This document shows positions 13,704 through 26,900 of a stretch of 64,000 nt of DNA, in pieces. A program made the position numbers and the translations under genes. The notes beneath the pieces were generated by a model. It was not told the origin of the DNA. It saw only the letters and a list, made by a program, of their open reading frames with translations, and searched no databases. The stretch is taken from NCBI RefSeq assembly GCF_036321535.1, contig NC_087437.1:66714001-66778000 (forward strand), in the 5' to 3' direction. The first letter of the stretch is position 1. Each line of letters opens with the position of its first letter. Source of the stretch: Camelus dromedarius. Lineage: Eukaryota.

Positions 13704-13830
13704 GGGGGAGGGTATAGCTCAAGTGGTAGAGTGCATGATTAGCATGCATGAGGTTCTGGGTTCAATCCCCAGTACCTCTCCTAAGAACAAATAAATAAAT
13801 CTAATTACCTCCCCCCACCAAAAAATAAAG
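13704..13830 (+). mobile_element. tRNA-derived SINE (Vic-1-like)
   Basis: GGGGGAGGGTATAGCTCAAGTGGTAGAG...GGGTTCAATCCCCAGTACCTC, AAATAAATAAAT, CTAATTACCTCCCC, A-rich tail. Confidence 0.85.
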
Positions 13831-13974
13831 TATAAGAAATTTAAATAATTTTTAATTTAAATAATTAAAAATTTTAATAATTTAAAAAGGAAAAAAAAGT
13901 CAAAACAAAACAGAACAAAACAATTTAATGTTTCAGTGAAGAACTTTCTTCCAACCATCTCTCCACAGGACTGG

Positions 13975-14197
13975 TTCTCAACTGTGAATTCTGCAGGTGA
14001 TTTTGCCCCTCTCTCCCAGGGGACATCTGGCCATGTTTGGAGACATTTTTGATTGTCACTACTGGGGGACTGCTACTGGCAGTTAGCGAGCAAAGGCCAG
14101 GGATACTGCTAGACATCCAACAGTGCATGGGACAGCCCCCTACTACAAAGAATGACCTAGTCCCAAAAGTCAAAAGTACCAAGACTGAGAAACCTAG
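13975..14197. mobile_element. MER20-like DNA transposon
   Basis: GGTTCTCAAC...GGTGATTTTGCCCC...GGGGACATCTGGC...GGAGACATTTTTGATTGTCAC...TGAGAAACC characteristic of MER20. Confidence 0.75.
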
Positions 14198-15307
14198 CTC
14201 TGTATAACAGAGATCATACCATCCGTGCTGCTAGGTAACATTCTCGCTGGGACATACTATAGATAATAATAAGAGCCAGCACCTATATAGCACTTACTGT
14301 GTTCCAGGCACAGTTCTCAGTGCTTTATATACCTACTAACTCATTCTCACAACCTTATAAGGTGGGTTTTGTTAGTCCTGCTTTACCGCGGAGGCCCTTG
14401 AGAGGCTAAGCAATTTGCCCGGAGTCACACAGCCAAGAAGAGCCAGACTTTGAACCCAGAGTCCCTGTTGTTAAGCCCTATACTACCTCTACTTTCCACT
14501 AATGCACAGTATTCCATTTTATAGCCAGCTTATAATTCACTTCCTTCCTTATTGGTGGACTTTTAGGTAGTTTTTTACTTTTTGCCTTAAAAAAACAACA
14601 CTGTAGTGAATATCCTTGTACATACATCTTTGCATACTTATCTAATTAACTTCTCAGGATAAAGTCTAGAAGTAAAATGGCTGGCTTAAATGATATACCC
14701 ATTTTACATTTTGACATATATTGCCAAACTACTCAACAAAGAAATATGTCAATTTATACTGAAATGTTGAGTATAAATTTCCTTGGTACCTGGGAAAGCT
14801 GCACTTAATATACTCAGACTTGAACAAAGAGTCATCTCTATTTTTTCCTCTCCCTCATTCTTCCTACCCAACTCCCAGCCCTCAAAAGACCCATGTTAGG
14901 ACTTTGTCTCCAGGCAAGTACTAACAGCGGCCACCACAGCTTGGTGCTGCCCCCAGCCCTCTTTTATAATCCCACCCCTCCAACAACAGTAGAGTGAATT
15001 CTTTAAATCTACAGGGACACTGAAGTCTTCTACAGAGTGAAAAGTAAGTCAATGGGGGACAGACTTCCAAAAGATTATAAAAACAGAAAAATGCAGGCAG
15101 ACATCAAGGCAGATAATCGAGCAGATTACTAAAGTTTCAAGGTAAGAAATGAAATCACAGGGACAGTGATTCTGCATGGAGGGCTCTAAAAAATCAAACA
15201 GCAACTCTGTAATCATGAATAAATTCAACTGAAGAATAAATGGTGAAGGTATCAAAAGAAACACATATTCACATATGATTAGATTTTAAAACATATTCTA
15301 TCTCCCT

Positions 15308-15407
15308 TATGAAAACGAATATGTGTATGTATATGCAAGACTGAGACACTGTGCTGTACACCAGAAATTGACACATTTTAACTGACTGTACTTCAATTTA
15401 AAAAAAA
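15308..15407 (+). mobile_element. 5'-truncated young L1 3' end (~100 bp) with TSD, inserted in an older L1M fragment (~15260-15960)
   Basis: GCTGTACACCAGAAATTGACAC...GACTGTACTTCAAT + poly(A); TSD ATTCTATCTCCCT at 15295-15307 and 15408-15420. Confidence 0.8.
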
Positions 15408-17488
15408 ATTCTATCTCCCTAAAAATTGCTTATTGATTTATAAGGGTCAAAATAGTAACTACACAGTGGAGAAACTTGATAGAACACCATGGCCAAGTGA
15501 TCAAAATTAGCATCTCTAATGAGAGGCAGATGGACACAAAATCACTTGTGTAGGCAATTCAAGCCAGCAATGCATAAACTGAATTTAACCATGAGGAAAT
15601 AGACAAAACCATACTGCAGAACATTCTATAAAAAAAAGGGGCCTATATCCTTCAAAATGTCAATGTCATGAAGAGAAAGACAGACTGAAGAGCTGTTACA
15701 GATTAAAGGAGATTAAAGAGACACGAGGACTAAATGGAACACGTGATGCTGGAATGAATCCTGTACTGGAGGGGGGATGTACCTTATAGGGCATGACTGG
15801 GACGATTAAGTGTTGAATTGATATTGTTTCCTGTGTTTGATAATTGCAGCGTGGTTATAAAAGAGAACACTCTTGCTCTTAAGAAATACACACTAAAGTA
15901 TTAAGGGGTACGGGGTTATAAGATAAACAACATACTCTCAAGTAGTCCAGAAAATAAGAAATTATGCATACATTACATATGCAGCCTAAATGTCCATCAA
16001 AGGACATAAGGTAGTAAATTGTTATCCGATGGAATACCATGCAACTGTTTAAAACAATAAGGTCATTTCATATGTACTGACATCGAGAGATTTCTAAGAC
16101 ACTGATAAGTGGGGAAAAGTTACCTAGGTTAAACATATTTATAAATTTTTATAAGTATGTATAGGTTTCCCAAGCAGAAAAAAAGCTGTTTTTAAAGATT
16201 TTAAAAACAAAGTAGATATATAGCAGGTGGGAAAAGACCTACAAAAAGAAGGAAGGGTGTGAAAAGGGTATTTGCAAATACCTTAAAAAAAAAAAAAAGG
16301 ATTAGAAAACTAAGGCCAAGAATAACTTGGAGAAAAAAGTTAAAAGACATTTTTATTTTTTCTTCTCTCAAAATTATGTTCAAAATCAAAAGCTACATAA
16401 GAAATAGTGGTCTCAATGTCTGGAGAACACAGGTATCGTTAACCAGTAAAGTGGAGAGGATAATGCACTTAGAAACCTGGACTTCAGGCCTAAATTGGTT
16501 CCTGACCTTGACCAACTAAGTCACTTAATTTCTCTGGGCCTTCACTCCCTCGTCCCTGAAATAAAGAATTGGACAAGAACAATTTCCAATTCTAGCTCTG
16601 TAAAGTATGGGACCAAATTTTCTTAAAAAAATAATTTCCCAATTATACCTACTGAATAATAGACTTGCTTCTTTACCCCGTGGGTACAGCTGCCACTGAG
16701 GACCCTGGCCCTATGTTTCTCCAGAGAGAGGATGTTCTCTTCAGCCCATTTAAATCTCCAGCCACACTTAGTACAGGTGATAGATATGTGTGGAAATAAA
16801 GTTGAATTAAATGATTGCTTTCTCTACATGTGAGAGAAGGCCTAGAAAGACTGTGTTTCTAGAAGTGTACTAACCAGGTACCAATGCTGTTTGAATCGTT
16901 AATGAACATGTCACTAGGTAAGAAATACCTCCAGTTTGATGACCCAGACAATCTGCATTCTGAAATGATGGCAGTATATAGTCAACAGGCCAAGGCAGGT
17001 TTCAGTTGTGAATCAGAGAGGATCTGGAATAAACTTGCACTTGAGATGCCTATGTGACACTTAAGCCCAGCCCAGCCACGCCTAAAGGACTTAGCTCTTC
17101 ATTTAAGTACATGTATATTCCTCCAAGTAATTTTCTATCTTACCCTACAATAGGGTCATTGATTTTTTTCCCCCTAATTATAAAAGTAATTCACTCTTAT
17201 TTAGAGAATGTTAAAAGTATAGTAAAATTTAAAGAAGAAAAGAAAAGGCTTCTATAATCCCTCCCACAGAAGCCCTACTGACACTTTAGGGTAGGAAGGT
17301 TCTTTTGCTCTTTCTCTCTATATATGTAAATATTTTTATACACATACAGCACTGCTTATGCTATAAAGATTTTTTGTCTTTTATTTTTAACTTAACAGTT
17401 AGTTATTTTAAAGAAAATAATTGTTTATACTGTTTGTTTCAAGACAACTCACAAAAGAAGGATAAATAAAACCTCTCTAAAGGACCTA

Positions 17489-17641
<153 letters not shown>

Positions 17642-19795
17642 TCAGTCTTAGAGCAGAGGAAGAAGCAGCAGACTGCACTCATGCCACAGGATCTGTTACA
17701 TTGCCTACTATTACATTGCCAAAGATACATTTTCTCTAGTCTGCAAAGTCTAGACTCTAGACATTAAAAGGCAAAAATGACCATGGATTAAAATTCATGA
17801 GCTCAATGAATCCCAGAGTATGATATCACACTAAAGGTCAACTTTCCCAGTTTCCCAAAGTTCTGCTTTTCTAGAGGACATACATTGTTGGAGTTTTTAG
17901 TTTAAGGAAATACACCCATTTCTGAATGATCACATAGCTCTCTCATCTTTTAACTGATATTACACTTGGAATGTATACAGTCTTACCAGTTCTGGGTTAT
18001 TTCCTAAATGGGTCTTTTAAGAGCAAGACTTAGGAAATACAGTGTAATGGTTAAGAGTGTGGGTTCTTGAGAAAGATCATCTGACTCTACCTCTTTCCAA
18101 CTCTAAGCAAGTTACTTAATCTTTCTATGCCTCAGTTTCCTTCTCTTTGTAACAGGAGAAATAATAATGTTGATAATATCTAATAAGCTTGTTTCGACTA
18201 TTGAATGAGTTAGTATATGTAAAAGCTTAGAACAGTGTCTGACATACAGTAAATACTCAATAAGGGTGAGTATTAACTAACACTGTGGCACTGCTGAGCT
18301 TACACCGGTTGATCAATAAATTCTAAGTTATTTTTTGGTTATTTCTCTTTTTTTGATCAGGGTCAAAGTGGTGATGGGTAGAATGAGGGAAAGGGGTGTT
18401 ATCCCACATCTTTTGAAAAAAGTTTGAAACCATTTGTTCCCTATTTATGGTTACTTCTGTTAAAATTCTGGCCACTGGCAAACCTCTAAGTCTACCATTT
18501 CTTCCATTGGAATTACATAAGTAATATGCTGTTTGCCTTCTTTCAAATATTTTAAAAATGGCATATGATTCATCAAGTACCTCAGGCATAACAGCTGCTC
18601 AAAAGAAGATGCACAATTATTATACAGTTGACAGACCAAAATCCCTCCCTTGGAAACTAGGAGTCACTGGTTTAAAAAAAAAAGGGAGGGAAGTAAAGAT
18701 GAAAGGAAAGTTAGTATACAGAGGGTCATACTTTATTATCCACAGAAAAATAGATATCAACAAACACAAAGTCCTTACTGACTTACATGGGAGCCTCTAT
18801 TTGTTCTTCTGGGAGACTTTCATGACAAACAACGGAACCAAGCACTTTTGAGAAATGAGGTTAACCATGGGAAATGCAACACAAATGTGGCCTCAGCCCA
18901 CTTGCAACACAGGAAATAAACAAGTCTAGAGAGAAAGTAAACTGTGATAAAGAAAAAGTAGGGATAAAAAGTCCCTCTGCTTTGGAGAAATCAAATCAGA
19001 AATGGAGTTCCTTTTCTCAAAGTCCATAGGGTTTTCCTAAACCTACTCTTCTCCCATAGAATCTTCCATCCACTCTCTTCCAGCCTCCTATGCCCCCAAA
19101 TGCTCTCCTGTTTAATCTTAAGGGAATGAAGGCCCATCCCTGCCAATACACCATTTGTGTGAACCTGAGCACTACGATAATAACTGTCCTGAGTTCTCCA
19201 AACCCACAAGTTAGTACTCCTAGTACTCCTATCCGTCCCTAACTAGATGCAAAGATCATCCCCTCACATGCCTTTCTCGGGCATCTCAGGCCTGTCCCCT
19301 CAATGCACTGCTTGGGTGCAAATGGTGTGGGGTTATCTAGGACCTTCAGTCTTGCTGTTAGCCACGCTGGAACGCTGGCGTACAGTGGCAGAACAGATAA
19401 TACCTAACACTATGGCTGATATACACATTGTAGCAGCTCAACAAGTATCTCTGAATGCAGGTGTTCCCTGACTTCAAGCCCATGAGCTTTCCTGGGCCAC
19501 TGTCTCCCATGCTCTGTACAATCTCTGAACCCCATCTCCAATGTCCTACGGGTTCCTCAGGCCTCTCTCATTCCCTACCCTCCATCCCAGCCCTGTACAC
19601 GCTTATGCTTTCATACTCATGTTACTTACAGGTCCTCATCCCTGTCTACTCAGTGTTATTGCTCTACTGCTGTGAAATTAACAGGGACACAGACCCACTC
19701 CTGGACCTGAGGCCTCATTGTCACTACTACCCATCAGATGGCCATAGGACAGTCATCTCCTGCTTATACGCTAGAGGACCACCCTCCGTCCCTCA

Positions 19796-20026
<231 letters not shown>

Positions 20027-20779
20027 TCAAAGTAAGACAAGCCAGTGTTCAGATCATCAGCCTCCTGCAAAGTCTTCTGAAAGCAAGGCTTCTGAAAGGA
20101 CTGCTCTACCCTTTCATTGTGCAAGTAATCTTTCGAGCAAAGCTGCTTCAGCTTACAATACTTAATTAACTTTCCAACAAGATCATCCTTTTTGCTAAGT
20201 TATTGCTACTCCTACTACTTCCTCTTCTTTATTCATTTCCAGTTTTTTCTTTATTTCTCCTACATGGAATAGTTTAATTAGTAAGCAAGATACAAATTTT
20301 GACAGGAACTAGAAAAGCCAATTTTCTTAATTGTGTCCCTTGGGCTTTGCTTCTCACAGAGACATTTCTATTTCCACCATAATTAAGTCTCATAGTTTAT
20401 GAGGAAAGATAAGAAACCTTTCATTACCTTCAACCTGAATACAGAATACTATCAAAATCAGTTTTGCAAGCCAGAAGGTGTGTTATGTACATAATCACAA
20501 AGATTATAATACAGCTTTCTGACTAACTTCCTGGGAATCCTCAGAGGATTTCTGGAAAGAAAGAGAGGATACACTGACAGCTTAGCTTTCTCACCCCATT
20601 CTTTGAGGTCCTGACCAGCACTATACTAGGGGCAACACTCTAATGCTGGACCAAATTTTCTGGCAGCATGAAAATGGCTGATTTAAAATATTGATTTATA
20701 TACAGGATGATAATTGCAAAAAATACCATTGGTTCATAAACATATTAAAAGCTGGTCAACTGTACTACTAATAAAGAAG

Positions 20780-22240
20780 TGCCAAAGAAGCCAAACTTGT
20801 AAAAGCAGAGAATAAAATGGCGGTTACCAGGAGCTGGGGGTCAGTGGGTGGGGATCAGGACAGATGTTGTTTAAGGGTATAAACTTACAATGAGTAGTAA
20901 GTGCTAGAGATCTAATGCACAGTGTAATGAATACAGACAACAGCATGGTATTATAATCATCAAACTTTCTATGAGTCTAGAACTGAATCACTCCTACTAC
21001 TAAAAAGAGAGGATAATTAATTATGTAACATGATAGAGGTGCTAATTATTGCTACAATGGCAATCATATGAAAATAAATGTATCAAATTAACATATTGTA
21101 CCTCTTAAATTTACAGATTATATGTCAAATATATTTCAATAAAAATAAAGTATCACCAAGACAAAAGAAAAATTCTAGTGAAGGTGGATGCCAGTTTTCA
21201 TCTATCAGATTGTCAAAGATGCAAGAGTCTGATGATGACTCTTGTGTTGGTGAGGGTGTGAGGTCTATTCTGAGCATGTGATACAAGGGTGGTGGAAGTG
21301 TAAATAGGTACAGCCTCTCTGGAGAACAATTTGTTTCTATTTATCAAGACTTTAAAAACACATTAATTGGCCTATTAATTTTAATTCTAGGAGTTAAGCC
21401 TGCATGTATATTCATACGAGTGCTCAAAGGTGTTAAGTACAAGGACATTCACTGCAGCATAGTTTACATTAGTCAAAAACCAAAGCGCAGTGGTGGGGAA
21501 TAATTTAAGTGTCCATTGATAGAGGACTGAATAAAGAAATCCATACAATGGCTTTTTATGCAACTATTAAAGGGTTCTGTATGTAATCCTACGGAACAAT
21601 TTCAAAATCTACTGTCACATGGAAAAGAAAAGTTGGTTGCAGAACAGAAGATAAAGTGTGTTCTAGCTTGTCGATGAATCTAGGTAACTGTATATGCAGA
21701 GACTACTTCTGGCAGGATATACAAGAAACTTGTAGTTGTCTCTTGAGAGGAGGACTCAAGGACTAGTGGTTTGGGGGGTCTAAGGTGGTAGAGAAGCTTC
21801 CTTTGCACATGTTTTTGAGTTATCCAAATATTTTACCACGTGTATGGAGCACTCCTTTGATACTAAAAGAAAACAACTAATTAAAAAGTTAAAAAATATA
21901 TTATTGTAGTATATTTATATATAACAGCTAAAACATGTTATTTTCTTTCACATTCAGCTTTTACAATAGCCTTCTCTCACATATTATATGATTGCATTTA
22001 TATAAAACTCTAGGAAATAATCGGTTATGAGGGAAAGCATATCAGTGGATGCCTGAGGACGGGGGTGGGAGGAAGGCATGGCAGGGATGAGGGGAGAGAG
22101 GGACTACAATGAAGCACAAGGTAACTTTGGGTAGTGACAGATGTGTTCATTTTCTTGGTATATATATACATTAAAACTTGTCAAATTGTACACTATAAAT
22201 ATGTGCAGTTTATGTCAACCATACCTCACTATGGCAATTA
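20780..22240 (+). mobile_element. Cluster of old L1M 3'-end fragments
   Basis: L1-type 3'UTR phrases (GCAGAGAATAAAATGGCGGTTACCAGG, GAGATCTAATGCACAG, ATATGTCAAATATATTTCAATAAAAA, AAATTGTACAC). Confidence 0.6.
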
Positions 22241-22380
22241 TTTTTTAAAAATACCATTATTCTCCATCTTTGAAAGATGTGTCTCCAGTGTTAATTAGAC
22301 AGTGTTCCAGTTTCTCAGCAAAATCTCTCAGCTTATCCTTGAAATGTTGAGTTTGTATTTTTATTTTGTTCAGAACTGAA

Positions 22381-22465
22381 ATTTTTTTAAATGGAAGGAC
22401 TGGGGATTGAACCCAAGATCTTGAGCATGCTAAGCATGCACTCTACCACCAAGCTATTCCCCCCT
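22381..22465 (-). mobile_element. tRNA-derived SINE (Vic-1-like), short
   Basis: CTGGGGATTGAACCCAAGATCTTGAGCATGCTAAGCATGCACTCTACCAC...AGCTATTCCCCC. Confidence 0.75.
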
Positions 22466-23968
22466 GCTACCTTGAAACTGAATTTTTTAAATGTCATAGA
22501 AATTTCTCAAACTTGGTAAAAGTATCTAGACCTAGAAAGATACAATTTTTTGCCAGATGGGAATCTGAGGTATTATACAACTGTGTCCATTTCATTAAGG
22601 ACACTGGTTCTGAATATTTCATTTTATTTCTTTTTTGTTCAACTCTGTTTTCCTTAGTTGTTTATGTAGTTGGCATAGGGAACTTTCAATGCATAAGAAT
22701 TGCAGAGTATTTTATTGTCAATGAAAGGTCCTATGTTCTCTTAAGGACATTTCTAAAGAGCTTATGATTTTGACCAAAATGCTCTGAGGTCTGGAGTAAG
22801 AGCTATGTGTCTTCTGGAAACTTTGAGAGTACTATTTAATTTGATCTGGAGATGGTCAGCTAACTATTAAACACTGGGTAAGCTTTCAAAGTCCAGTAAT
22901 ATCCATATTCATATTTTCTTTCTCATTTGTAGAAATCAGAAATTCTTTCATGCTCATAATTTGTACTTAAAGTCTCTATTATTGTCCCAAGTAACGAAAC
23001 AAATGTTTGCTTAAAATACCTCAATGGTTTTCCCCACTACCACCTTATTTGACCCCTGACACTTGATAACCAAAATTGTGATCACCTCAGAGTAGTGGAA
23101 TGTTAAGTGATCTTTTTGGTTGTTGTTGTTTTTACGTATTTTTGACAATGAAAATATATTAATTTGTAATGAAGTTGTTATTAAAAACAAACAATATAAA
23201 TCCTTTTGTCCAAATGGATGCATGCTTTTTGCAATACTGCTCATTTATTTTACTTTTAATGACATAATATTGTTTAGAGAAAAGATCTTAGTAAGGGAAA
23301 ACCTGGCCTCTACATTTTGTAGTTTGTGATTTTGTAAAGATTTGAGTTTTTTTAAAAAAGACTCCTAAAAGGAAAGTTTATCATTTGTTGTATATAATGC
23401 TGCCTAAGGCCAGCTTCCAGGCTCAGTCCGTGACCCTCTCTGCTCCCCGCAGCCCTCAGCCCACCGATAGGCGACCCCAGCTCTCACACCTAAAGTCCTG
23501 GTTGGTGTAGCTTCGTAATCTGCAGCCCCAGTTACTTCCCTTGCCTTTCCGCCACCTTTCTTTGAATGCTCGGTATGGAGAACAATAGTTGGCCCTCTGA
23601 CAGACAGTCAGTCAATGCTTCTCGTCCTGCTTCAGCCCAGCTCACTCATGCTAGGTCTCATCAGCCTGTGTCCTGCAGCTACTCTATTTGGGAAAGGAGG
23701 AGAAGGGGCAGATCCAAAGCCAGTACAACCAGTGCTGTGCCCAAGCCTTACAAAGAGAGAGGAGACAGGCTTTGATAGAGGAGAAAGGAGGACATGAGTT
23801 GGCAAGAGAAATTCTCAGGCAAGAAGAAGAACTTGTCACTATTTTGTAGTCCTGAAATGTGATGGAGGATTCACCTGTCTGTCCCTTTAATTGGATTCTC
23901 TACAGGAAGAGTATCACGTAAGCCCATATGTAATAAGGTCAGAAGATTCATGTACCTTATAGCTCTTA

Positions 23969-24169
<201 letters not shown>

Positions 24170-24833
24170 CTACTTCCTATCTGTGGGTTTAGGTTTAGTA
24201 TTAGAGGACAGAGTAAGCTAAGGGAAAGAATAGCGGGCAGGAATGAGCAACTTTTTCCCTGAAAGTAACACAGGTGATCTAAAATATCAACAACAACAAA
24301 GTCACAAAAAGGGAAAAGCAAGTCAATTTCCCTTCTTCCTCCTTCCATCTGGATTGCCCCTCCCTTCCCTGATGCATATTCTTCCTTTATTACTCAGACT
24401 ACACCCATGTCCTCCCAGTCAAAGCAGTCCCACTGGCCCCCTTTCTCTAAATCCCACAGAAGGTACGGTTCATGCCTGACACTGTGTGATTCCATGTTCT
24501 GGACCCTACCACCCCACATACTCTGGCAGCATGTATGACTGACAGCAGTAACCAGAAATTACACTGTTTCACATCCCTTTTAAAGTTCAGTACACAGCAA
24601 GTTTTCAGTAAGTATCATACGCATCAGGTGAAGTTTTTGAGGAGTCACAGGATAACATAATGAAGAGTTAAAGGACCCTGTTATTTAGCTGATGAGGAAT
24701 CTGACACCCAGAGAAGTTAAGTGGCTTGGATCTGGGACTAGAACCCAGGGCTGACTTCAGAGTACTCTTCCTACCATACCACATTCCAGTCCTAATTTGC
24801 ATATTTTACCCCAAAAGGTAAAGACCCCGTTCT

Positions 24834-25344
24834 TGTCATACCCAAAAATAAGTTTACAGTCCGAAACGGTGCATCGTGTAGTGAAAGATTTTAAAAGATT
24901 TATTTAAACAAGGAAAAGTACACGTCCAAGAATAGGAGGCAGGCTGATCCAAGGGAGGAAAAGCAGCAGTTTTTGTCTCCCCTTTCTCTTATATCCCAGC
25001 TTAGAGGTGGTCTCGAGTGATTGACGGCTCCTCCCTGGAACGCTTAGTCATGTTTGGCCCCTCTGCGCATGACCTTATCCATGGTGAATACAGAAAAACC
25101 CATACGGGGGGTGCCTAAACTGCAATGTTAATTATAAAACAATGAACATTGGGTCATGTCCAGTTTAGTCCTTTATGCCACTGCACTGTCATGGCTGTCG
25201 GGTTTTAACTGTTTTTTTGCTGGCACTCACTTAGAAGAAGTAAAGTCCCTTTATGCTGGAGGTGGGCATAATGCCATTTTCCAGACCATCCTCCCTTTCC
25301 TCCACCTGTCTGCCTGGTGCCTCCACATACCTAACTACCTAACA
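24834..25344 (-). mobile_element. Solo ERV LTR in POGLUT1 intron 2
   Basis: Minus strand starts TGTTAGGTAGTTAGG and ends ...ACA; AATAAA at 24904-24899; TSD not resolved. Confidence 0.6.
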
Positions 25345-25729
25345 CATACATTAAAGATAACCAACAGGAAACTTCTGATTCGATTCATTTAAATTCATTC
25401 CTTCAACAACATTTATTGAGTACTGACTGACAGCCAGCACCAAGGATACAACAGTGAATAAGACATAGGCCTGGACCTCAAGAAGCATTCTGTCCCATGG
25501 GGAAATCAGACAAGTACATACACTAACATGTAATCCTGAGACCATCTGGCCTCTCCTATTCCAGGGCATTTTAATCCTCTAGAAGTAAGAAAACTACCTC
25601 AGGGACCCTGTTTGCTCTCAAAACATGTTTGGCTCTCTGACCACTGCAACCAAGGTCTCTCAGGGATCTTAGGGGATTTCCTCCGGACAAGATTTAAATT
25701 CTTAAAGACATATCAAAGAAAAGAACTCA

Positions 25730-25846
<117 letters not shown>

Positions 25847-26379
25847 TTAACAAAATATCCCCGAGCACTCTTATTTGCTAGCAGCAGGCAGGCAGAACCA
25901 ACAGAAGGCAGAAACTTTTAGACAGCCGCTTCCCAACCCACCGGTGGAAACAAGCCGCCAGAAAGGATTCATTCTACAGCTCCCCAGCATTCATGTCAAG
26001 TCTGCTCCTCTACTCAGGCTGCCAGGTAGCCAAGAAATGGGAAAATTTCCAAGCTTAATGCCTGGAACTCAGAAGGTTATGGATAAACTGGTGAGTGACA
26101 CGGATTCTCATCTTTTGCTAATCAAACTGAGTCCCATAAAGAGGATAGATTAAAACCCCCAGACATTAACCCTCCTTTCACTTCTTGCAATGGACTAAGA
26201 CACCCCCCACCCCCGACACACACACACTCACACACGACACACGAATTATCCGCTAGTGTGTGTGTTAGGAGGTGCGGGGTAGCAGAGCTTGGGCCATACC
26301 TGCTATGAGTGAACAGGGGCATCCCCTCCCCTCCCCACTATCACTCTGAATTCGGAGGATGGGTTACTATCCAGGGTCC

Positions 26380-26900
26380 TGGGCAGGAGAAGCAGCGCCA
26401 GACACCCAGATATTCTCTCCGCTCCGAGGCGCCCCCGTGTCCCCTGCCCTACTCTGAGCCGCAGCGGCCACTGCCCGAGCCCGCCGCCAGCCGCACTGGG
26501 GAGCAAGGGGGGCGGGAGCGCGCCTCGGGACCCGGCCAGACACCGAGCCCCAGCGGCGGGCTCGGCCCTGCCCGGAGCCCACCTGACTCCTTCTGGCGGC
26601 CCGGCACTGGGGGCAGGAGTAGCACCAGCAGCCACAACCCAAGCTGAGAACGCTCCCACCGCTGCATCGCCAGCCGACCCACTGCGGAGTCCCGCTGCGG
26701 CGCGGGCGGAAGCGCAGCCCCGCACAAAGATGGCCGTGGAGCCGCACCACGTGGGCAGAGGGCCGCCCCGCGCGCCTCCGGGCCTCCGGGTCTCCCTGGG
26801 AAGGCGGCGCCGGGAAGCTGGGCACCCACCGCGCAGTAAACCAACGCCAAAGGCGGGGCGGACAGGCCGCAGCTGTCCTGCGCGTTTGATTAGGGCTGAG
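26380..26900 (-). promoter_or_regulatory. POGLUT1 CpG island / promoter
   Basis: High CpG density; YY1-like AAGATGGCCG 26727-26736; CCACGTGG 26747-26754; GC box GGGGCGG near 26855. Confidence 0.8.
26583..26667 (-). CDS. POGLUT1: POGLUT1 exon 1 coding part (signal peptide MQRWERSQLGLWLLVLLLPPVPGRQKES)
   Basis: ATG at 26667, hydrophobic signal peptide, donor CAG|GTGGGC at 26583, 85 nt. Confidence 0.93.

Noticed and set aside
13704..13780. tRNA-like sequence with A/B boxes
   Set aside because: SINE head with a SINE-specific tail; three related copies in the window; not a tRNA gene
22250..23400. AT-rich segment resembling the interior of an ancient hAT transposon
   Set aside because: No termini or convincing transposase translation identified by eye; needs Dfam
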